From the NCBI GenBank assembly GCA_030390025.1, contig JASTWF010000036.1:248001-312000 (forward strand): a DNA stretch of 64,000 nucleotides, read 5' to 3'. This document shows, piece after piece, positions 51,768 to 64,000 of this stretch. The DNA is from Squalus acanthias. Its lineage: Eukaryota. Each line of letters starts with the position of its first letter. Position 1 is the stretch's first letter. A model generated the notes under the pieces. It searched no databases. It was not told the origin of the DNA and saw only the letters and a list, made by a program, of their open reading frames with translations. The translations under genes were made by a program, and so were the position numbers.

Positions 51768-52164
51768 ACCTGAGAAGGCAGACGGGGCCTGGCTTTTGAG
51801 TAACATTTGGCACTGTCTACTGGAGAGGGTAAAGGAGGCAAATGGGTTCATTCAACAGCCAAGAGATTACATGATTTTGGCGGTTGCGGAAGAGGGGGAA
51901 AACTCTAATGAGCCAAGGTGGCCCGAATGGCCTCCCCTCACTTATCTTGCCATCTCGTGACCCTGATCCGTTCTGCAAAGCAGAACACAAACCGAAACAC
52001 ATACACTCAGCATGCCCTCAAGTGCAAGACCGCAGAATCTTAAGTCATTTTCCAGTATTTCTGCACGCCTGTTTTTCCTGTTTCATGACTCAACATTGCA
52101 CAGCTGAACTGAAATCCACGCTTCACCTAACTTCACCACAATTCCCACGACATATTCTGCATGA

Positions 52165-53080
52165 GTCACAGAATCTCACAGCACAGGAGGAGGCCATTCG
52201 GCCCATCATGCCTGTGCCGGCTCTTTGAACGAGCTCTCCAATTAGTCCCACTCCCCCCCACTGCTCTTTCCCCCGTAGCCCTGTGAATTTTATCCTTTTC
52301 AAGTATTTATCCAATTCCCCTTTTGAAAGTTACGATTGAATCTGCTTCCACCGCGTTCCAGATCACAACAACTCGCTGCGGAAAAACATTTCTCCTCATC
52401 TCCCCTCTGGTTCTTTTGCCGATTATCTTAAATCTGTGTCCTCTGGTTACCGACCCTCCTGCCACTGGAAACACTTTCTCCTTATTTACTCTCCATCAAA
52501 AACCCCATCATATTGAACACCTCTATCAAATCTCCTCTTAACCTTCTCTGCTCTAAGGAGAACAACCCCAGCTTCTCCAGTCTCGCCAACATCACTGAAG
52601 TCCCTCATCCCCTGGTACCATTCTGGTCAATCTCCCCCTTAACCTTCTCTGCTCCAAGGAGAACAACCCCAGCTTCTCCAGGTCACTGAAGTCCCTCATC
52701 CCCTGGTACCATTCTGGTCAATCTCCCCCTTAACCTTCTCTGCTCCAAGGAGAACAACCCCAGCTTCTCCAGGTCACTGAAGTCCCTCATCCCCTGGTAC
52801 CATTCTGGTCAATCCCCCCCCTTAACCTTCTCTGCTCTAAGGAGAACAACCCCAGCTTCTCCAGTCTCTCCTCGTCAATGAAGTCCCTCATCCCCTGGTA
52901 CCATTCTGGTAAATCTCCCCCTTAACCTTCTCTGCTCTAAGGAGAACAACCCCAGCTTCTCCAGTCTCTCCACGTAACTGAAGTCCCTCATCCCTGGTAC
53001 CATTCTGGTCAATCTCCTCGACACCCTCTCCAAGGCCCTGGACATCCTTCCTGAAGTGTGGTGCCCAGAATTGGGACGCA
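52165..53080 (-). mobile_element. CR1 3' fragment with a 91-102 bp internal tandem repeat
   Basis: LEKLGLFSLEQRRLRG motif repeated. Confidence 0.85.
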
Positions 53081-53191
53081 ATAGTCTTTCAGGCAGCACC
53101 TGCCCGATCACAGCAACTCACTGCATCAAATGTTTTGATCCTCATCTCCCATGTTGGGGGGGGGGGGGGGGGCGGGGAGAGAGAGAGAATA

Positions 53192-53224
<33 letters not shown>

Positions 53225-53236
53225 GAGAAAACTCAC

Positions 53237-53399
53237 CCCATAGTTGGATCCAAGGCAATACTCTTGGGGTTGTACAGTTCCAGATCTAGTAATATGACAC
53301 AGGTGTCTCCATTCTTGTTGCACACAAATATACGGTCATCAACATCATCCACAAAGTAGAAATTGCCCGTCAACCAGTCAATGGCCATTTGTTCCACAT
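53237..53399 (-). CDS. LRP1: LRP1 coding exon (human exon 7 equivalent), YWTD beta-propeller 1
   Basis: Hand translation [54 protein letters not shown]; cag acceptor, gtgagt donor; 163 nt; ends in GG, completed by the G of the next exon. Confidence 0.95.
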
Positions 53400-53479
53400 C
53401 TGTGCATGAACAAGAAAAAAAACATAATTTTTCAATCTGTTAAAAAAACAAGGTGCCAGAATGACGTCGGCAACAGCCC

Positions 53480-54215
53480 ATATATTGAACAGAAGTGCCA
53501 GGAAATGACTATCTCCAACAAGCGAGAGTCTAAACACCGCCCCTTGACATTCAACGGCATTACCATCGCCGAATCCCCCCACCATCAACAACATCCTGGG
53601 GGCCACCATTGACCAGAAACTTAACTGGACCAGCCACATAAATACTGTGGCTACAAGAGCAGGTCAGAGGCTGGGTATTCTGCGGCAAGAGTCTCACCTC
53701 CTGACTCCCCAAAGCCTTTCCACCATCTACAAGGCACAAGTCAGGCGTGTGATGGAATACTCTCCACTTGTCTGGATGAGTGCAGCTCCAACAACACTCA
53801 AGAAGCTCGACACCATCCAGGACAAAGCAGCCCACTTGATTGGCACCTTATCCACCACCTTAAACATTCACTCCCTCCACCACCGGCGTACCGTGGCTGC
53901 AGTGTGCACCATCTACAAGATGCACTGCAGCAACTCGCCAAGGCTTCTTCTGCAGCACCTCCCAAACCCGCGACCTCTACCGCCTAGAAGGACAAGGACA
54001 GCAGGCGCATGGGAACACCACCACCTCCAAGTCCCACACACACCATCCTGACTTGGAAATATATCGCCGATCCTTCATCGTCGCTGGGTCAAAATCCTGG
54101 AACTCCCTCCTTAACAGCACTGTGGGAGCACCTTCACCACACGGACTGCAGCGGTTCAAGAAGGCGGCTCACCACCACCTTCTCAAGGGCGACTAGGGAT
54201 GGTCAATAAATGTTG
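53480..54215 (+). mobile_element. Non-LTR LINE 3' fragment of a distinct family (other copies: 15420-15830 plus, 63445-63905 minus)
   Basis: LSTIYKAQVRRVMEYSPLVW...LNIHSLHHRRTVAAVCTIYKM RT C-terminal motif, found in three copies; clade not assigned. Confidence 0.8.
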
Positions 54216-55011
54216 GTAGTTGATTTGTCACGCTGCTTGACCGACATCCAGTATTGGACTTGTAGAAATTTTCTCCCATTAATTACTAGGGAGACCGAAG
54301 CCTCAACCTTCAGTCCCGGCCACAAACTCCCTTCTCTCGCCTCAGACTCCATCCCCCTCGCTGGCCACAGTCTGAGGCTGAACCTGACTGTTTTCAACCG
54401 CGCCGCCCTGTTTGACCCGGGGCTGAGCTTCTGACCCCATATCTTCTCCATTGCCAAGACCGCCTACTTCCACCTCCATATAATGGCCCTTCAAATCCTT
54501 CCATTGACCTCGCCCCTCCCGGTCTCCAACCTCCTCCAGGCCTGAAACCCTCCGAGATCTCTGCGCTCCTCCAATTCCGGCCTCCTGCGCACATCCCACC
54601 CACCCGGTTTCCATCGCTCCACCATTGGCGGCCGTGCCTTCAGCTGCCTGGGCCCCGAGCTCTGGAATTCCCTCCCTAAACCTCGCCACCTCTCTCTCTC
54701 TCCTCGTCAGTTGTGACTCAGTTGGTAGCACACTCGCCTCCGAGTCAGAAGGTTGTGGGTTCAAGTCCCACTCCAGGGACTTGCGCACATAAAGCTGGGC
54801 TGACACTCCAGTGCAGTGCTGAGGGAGCGCCGCACTGTCGGAGGTGCCGTCTTTCGGATGAGACGTTAAACCGAGTCCGCGTCTGCTCTCTCAGGTGGAC
54901 ATAAAAGATCCCAGGCCACTATTTCGAAGAGCAGGGGAGTTCTCCCCAGTGTCCTGGGGCCAATATTTATCCCTCAATCAACATCGCTAAAACAGATGAT
55001 CTGGTCCTTTA

Positions 55012-55558
55012 CAACGCAAAATCGTCGAGCAGAAACTGATAGCCAAGTTCCGCACCCATGAGGACGGCCTCAACCGGGATCTTGGGTTCATGTCACGCTA
55101 CATGTAACCCCACCTGACGTAGAGTCATCCAGACTCGAGTCGTCGTTGGCTTGTTCTCTCTACACAGATGCAGCCGGACCTGCTGTGATGTCCAGCAAAA
55201 AAAGTTTTTTGTTTTCCATACAGACCCCAGCATCTGCCACATTTGACCCCTTGTGACCCCACCTCATTGTCTTTGATGTAACGTTTTCCTGACTGACCTG
55301 TTTGGACACCATCCACACCTTTGATTGCCGTGATTATCTCTCTGCCGAGGTGTGATAAAGGGCAGTCAGAAAAATTAACTGCAGTCAGTGTTCTCTGACT
55401 ATATATGCCGTGCCTATATGCATCTCTTCACTTCACCTGACGAAGGAGCAGCAGCTCCGAAAGCTTGTGATTTCAAATAAAGCTGTTGGACTATAACCTG
55501 GTGTTGTGCGACTTCTCACTTTTGTCCACCCCAGTCCAACGCCGGCATCTCCACATCA
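55012..55558 (+). mobile_element. Penelope-like element 3' fragment (family A) inserted in a Deu-SINE
   Basis: QRKIVEQKLIAKFRTHEDGLNRDLGFMSRYM*; hammerhead motif; direct repeat tggtccttta at 55002-55011 and 55559-55568. Confidence 0.78.
55433..55470 (+). ncRNA. Minimal hammerhead ribozyme motif (family A)
   Basis: Same motif with a 4-nt loop II (AGCA). Confidence 0.75.
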
Positions 55559-56540
55559 TGGTCCTTTATCACATTGCTGTTTGTGGGAGCTTGCGGAGCG
55601 CAAATTGGCTGCTGCGTTTTCCACATTACAACAGCGACTACACTTCAAAAAGTACTTCATTGGCTGTAAAGCACTTTGGGACGTCCAGTGGTCGTGAAAG
55701 GCGCTGGAGAAATGGAAGCTGTTGTTGCAGCAGACTAGTAATCCAGTGGCCTGGCGCAATAACCCAGAGAATGTGCGTCCAAATCCCACCACGGCACTTT
55801 GAACTCTCCCGTCTGACACGGACAAAATTATTTTCAGATTATGAAGCTGTCCCTCTCCTGTCAAAGCAACAACACTAGCAAGACCCGCCACCGCCCACAA
55901 CACAGACACACGCACAGGTTTCAAAAGGTATATTTAAACGATTATTAAGAAGATGCCAGAGACGAGAGGCTTTATATACAGGAGGAGAGACGAGAGGAGC
56001 TGGGTCTAATAACCAGTTTGGGGGTGGTGGCGGCTGAAGGAATGCCAGAACTGAGAGGTTTATAACTATCAGGAGAGACTGAACAGGCTGGGGCTCTTGT
56101 CTCTAGAAAAGAGAAGGCTAAGGGGGCGACCTGGTAGAGGTCTTTAAAATTAAAAAGGGATTTCGATAGGGTAGACGTAGAGAAGATGTTTCCACTTGTG
56201 GAGGAGACCAGAACTAGGGGCCATCGATATAAGATAGTCACTAATAAATCCAATAGGGAATTCAGGAGAAACTTCTTTCCCCAGAGAGTGGAGAGAATGT
56301 GGAACTCGCTACCACAGGGAGTGGTTGAGGCGAATAGCACAGATGCATTTAAGGGGAAGCTGGATAAACACATGAGGGAGAACAAAACTTGTATTTATAC
56401 AGCGCCTTTAACGTAGTAAAACGTTCAACGGCGCTTCACAAGAGCGGTGATCAAACAAAGTTCCACACCGAGCCACATGAGGAGATATTAGGACAGGTGA
56501 CTTGGTCAAAGAGGTAGGTTTTAAGGAGCGTCTTAAAGGA

Positions 56541-59981
<3,441 letters not shown>

Positions 59982-60415
59982 GGGCAACACGGTGGCATAG
60001 TGGTTAGCACTGGTGCCTCACAGCGCCAGAGACCCGGGTTCGAATCTGACCTCGGGTGACTGTCTGTGTGGAGTTTGCACATTCTCCCCGTGTCTGCGTG
60101 GGTTTCCGCCGGGTGCTCCGGTTTCCTCCCACAGTCCAAAAATGTGTGGGTTAGGTTGATTTGGCTATGATAAATTGACCCTTAGTGTTAGGGGGGATTA
60201 AATATGTGGGGTTATGGGGATAGGATGGGATATGTAGGGGGAATTAAATACGTGGGGTTACGGGGGTAGGGTGGGATATGTGTACTGTGGGGATTAAAGC
60301 AGGGACAGGGTACTGGATTTGGATGATCAGCCATGATCGTATTGAATGGCGGAGCAGGCTCGACGGGCCGAATGGCCTACTCCTGCTCCTAGATTCTATG
60401 TTTCTATGTTTCTAT
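59982..60415 (+). mobile_element. HE1/V-type SINE with a CR1-derived tail
   Basis: tRNA-like head gtggcatagtggttagc...gggttcgaatc; V-domain gtgtggagtttgcacattctccccgtgtctgcgtgggtttc. Confidence 0.87.
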
Positions 60416-60678
60416 GAGACGGAGACGGGGCGAGGGGGGCGAGGGGGGCGAGACGGAGACGGGGCGAGGGGGGCGAGGGGGGCGAGACGGAGAGGGGGCG
60501 AGGGGGGCGAGACGGCGAGACGAAGACGGCGAGACGGCGAGGGGGCGAGACGGAGACGGCGAGGGGGCGAGACGGCGAGGGGGCGAGACGGCGAGAGAGA
60601 CGGGGCGAGAGAGAGAGAGACGGGGCGAGACAGAGAGAGAGAGACAGAGAGAGAGAGACAGACAGAGAGAGACAGACA

Positions 60679-60728
<50 letters not shown>

Positions 60729-62857
60729 CACGGAGAGGTTTAGGGAGGGAATTCCAGAGCTCGGGGCCCAGGCGGCTGAAGGCACGGCCGCCAATGGTGG
60801 AGCGATGGAAATCGGGGGGGATGCCCAAGGTGTCAGAATTGGCGGAGCGCAGAGATCTCGGAGGGTTGTAGGGGGCTGGAGGAGGTTACAGAGATAGGGA
60901 GGGTTGTAGGGGGCTGGAGGAGGTTACAGAGATAGGGAGGGTTGTAGGGGGCTGGAGGAGGTTACAGAGATAGGGAGGGTTGTAGGGGGCTGGAGGAGGT
61001 TACAGAGATAGGGAGGGTTGTAGGGGGCTGGAGGAGGTTACAGAGATAGGGAGGGTTGTAGGGGGCTGGAGGAGGTTACAGAGATAGGGAGGGTTGTAGG
61101 GGGCTGGAGGAGGTTACAGAGATAGGGAGGGTTGTAGGGGGCTGGAGGAGGTTACAGAGATAGGGAGGGTTGTAGGGGGCTGGAGGAGGTTAGAGATAGG
61201 GAGGGTTATCGGGGCTGGAGGAGGTTACAGAGATAGGGAGAGTTGTAGGGGGCTGGAGGAGGTTAGAGAGATAGGGAGGGTTGTAGGGGCTGGAGGAGGT
61301 TTCAGAGAAGGAGATAGAAAGCATTAGACATTTGTGCTGTTCGGGTGAGATGAGGAAGGATGGGAGGAGGCACGTGCTGAGCACAAACACCGGCCGGGAC
61401 CAGCTGGGACGAATGGCCTGTTTCTGCCCTGTGAATATCGTGTAATGCAATACTATTCATTTGAACAAAGAGGAGATTTGAAAGAGATGCTGAAAAAATC
61501 AGAGAGTGGTTCTGACGAGGTAAAAAAAAAAATCAAGAAAAACAACTCCCCACCGCGACAACTGAGTTCGGAACGAGAGAGGGCATAAATATAAACTGCG
61601 GTGAAAGTAAAATCCACCAACCCGCTTTGAAAAGGGAAGTGGCTAAGTATCTGAAGAAGAAAACATCGAGAAGGATCCGAGGGAAGGGTGGGGAAGTGGA
61701 GCTGTGGATAAGCTTGTTCAAAGAGCCAGCGGAACTAATGATTTCTTTCAGTGCTGTCAAACTCGATCTCGGGGGCCCCATTTCCTCCCAACCCCCTCCA
61801 AATCTGCGGACTTCTTATTTTTGACATCCTGACTGGGTAGGCAGCCTCTGCTGCTGTCGTCGCTGCCACCAAGGATAAGACTCCAGAGATAGAGTCGGCA
61901 AGATGCGACCAGACGGGCGGGGGCATGGTGGTTGCAAGGCCATTTAGCCCCCCTCTCGAGCTTGTTCCATTAGGAACAGGAGGAGGCCATTCAGCCCCCT
62001 CGAGCTTGTTCCATTAGGAACAGGAGGAGGCCATTTAGCCCCCCTCTCGAGCTTGTTCCATTAGGAACAGGAGGAGGCCATTCAGCCCCCTCGAGCTTGT
62101 TCCATTAGGAACAGGAGGAGGCCATTCAGCCCCCTCGAGCCTGTTACATTAGGAACAGGAGGAGGCCATTCAGCTCCCTCGAGCCTGTTACATTAGGAAC
62201 AGGAGGAGGCCATTCAGCCTCCTCGAGCCTGTTACATTAGGAACAGGAGGAGGCCATTCAGCCCCCTCGAACCCTGTTACATTAGGAACTGGAGGAGGCC
62301 ATTCAGCCCCTCGAGCCTGTTACATTAGGCGCTCCATAAATGCAAGCTGTCGGTGAAGTTCCCTATAAGAAAAAGCAATGCAATGGGGGGTTTCTTTTCC
62401 GCTGCTTAAACTCATCAGTTGTTGATATTTTAATAAAAAACTGATATTGCTACACTAACCTCGGTCACCCTGGTCTTTCAGGTGGCGAACTACGATGGGG
62501 AAAAAAAGCCCACATTGCACAACTGTATCGCAGCATCAAACGACACGACGTCACTGACCTTTGAGAGCGTGTTTGGTTAACCGTGTTCTATTTACTTGCG
62601 AGCAGAACAGTTCAACAAATACTCGGGAAGTCTGGTGTCTCAGAAACGTTGCTGCCTATTCCGACACTGCAACAGTGGTTGCATTTCAAAAACGCACCGA
62701 GACAACACTTCACTCTTCAAATGGACTCTGGGCAGAGCGCGTATTGTCAGTTTTAATACCATCTAGTTGGGCCGAATGACCGGTTAATACTTTGTCATAC
62801 TTGGTAAACGTATAACTAGACTGGCTGAACTAAAGACCCTATCACAATTCAAATAAA

Positions 62858-63435
62858 AAGAACAAGAAATAGGAGCAGGAGTCGGCCATTCGGCCCCTCG
62901 AGCCTGCTCCGCCATTCAATGAGATCATGGCTGATCTTCGACCTCAACTCCACTTTCCCGCCCGATCCCCATATCCCTCGATTCCCCTAAAGTCCAAAAA
63001 TCGATCGTTCTCAGTCTTGAATATACTCAATGACTCAGCATCCACAACCCTCTGGGGTAGAGAATTCCAAAGATTCACCACCCTCTGAGTGAAGAAATTC
63101 CTCCTCATCTCAGTCCGAAATGGCCGACCCCTTATCCTGAGACTGTGACCCCTGGTTCTAGACTCCCCAGCCAGGGGGAACATCCTCCCTGCATCTACCC
63201 TGTCAACCTCCTTAAGAATTTTGTATGGTTCAATCAGATCACCTCTCATTCTTCTAAACTCTAGGAAATGTAAGCCTCGTCTACTCAATCTCTCCTCCTC
63301 GGACAATCCCTCCATCCCAGGGATCAATTTCGTGAACCTTTGTTGCACTCCCTCGAAGGCAGGTATGTCCTTCCTTAGGTAAGGAGACCAAAACTTTACA
63401 CAATACTCCAGGTGTGGTCTCACCAAGGCTCTATA
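62858..63435 (-). mobile_element. CR1 3' fragment
   Basis: 160-aa ORF 62944..63426 plus tail. Confidence 0.9.
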
Positions 63436-64000
63436 TATTTTAAAATTTGTTTATGGGATGTGGGCATCGCTGGCAAGGCCAGCATTTATTGCCCATCCTA
63501 ATTGCCCCTTGAGAAAGTGGTGGTGAGCCGCCTTCTTGAACTGCTGCAGTCCGTGTGGTGAAGGTACTCCCACAGTGCTGTTAGGGAGAGAGTTCCAGGA
63601 TTTTGACCCAGCGACGATGAAGGATCAGCCGATATATATCCAAGTCAGGATGGTGAGAGACTCGGAGGGGAACTTGAAGGTGGTGGTGTTCCCGTGCGCC
63701 TGCTGTCCTTGTCCTTCTAGGTGGAAGAGGTCGCGGGTTTCGGAGGTGCTGCCGACGAGGCCTTGGCGAGTTGCTGCAGTGCATCTTGCAGATGGTACAC
63801 ACTGCAGCCACGGTGCGCCGGTGGTGGAGGGAGTGAATGTTTAAGGTGGTGGATGGGGTGCCGATCAAGCGGGCTGCTTTGTCCTGGATGGTGTCGAGCT
63901 TCTTGCTCATTTAAGTATTTTAATGAGGTAGCGTGCCTCAGATTTCAAATTTAAGTAATGAGTAAAGAAGTACTGAGGGAGCACCGCACTGTCGGAGGGG

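Larger units (their letters stand above)
54708..55712 (+). mobile_element. Full-length tRNA-headed Deu-domain-type SINE, interrupted by a Penelope-like insert
   Basis: A/B-box-like head (gtgactcagttggtag...gggttcaagtccc); core also at 2760, 12615, 19200, 20380, 26500, 29370, 50845; L2-like tail. Confidence 0.8.

Noticed and set aside
59982..60056. tRNA gene candidates (also 48672-48743, 54713-54780, 37925-37997)
   Set aside because: These are tRNA-derived SINE heads continuing into SINE core sequence, with no complete cloverleaf evident
61511..61520. Additional CTGACGA hammerhead-like word
   Set aside because: No stem II or following GAAA pairing

Overview
Vertebrate genomic DNA, most likely an elasmobranch (shark), inferred from HE1/V-type and Deu-domain SINEs. 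The window is the interior of one minus-strand gene, LRP1. Seven coding exons are visible, all with AG/GT boundaries and consistent splice phases. By homology they correspond to human exons 7-10 and 25-27 (numbering recalled, not computed). Exons 11-24 (about 800 aa, including ligand-binding cluster II) are absent. The 200-N scaffold gap at 11308-11507 lies in that interval, so the gap most likely hides them. The introns are almost entirely retroelement debris: CR1 and L2 LINEs, SINEs, Penelope-like fragments and one TIR element. Notable non-genic signals are five minimal hammerhead-ribozyme motifs in Penelope-like fragments, all antisense to LRP1, and several minisatellite families that each amplify an internal segment of a transposon and recur at many loci. 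There are also inverted repeat pairs and multi-level nested insertions. Nearly all long ORFs in the track are LINE remnants or tandem-repeat artefacts. Repeat boundaries were read by eye and are approximate.
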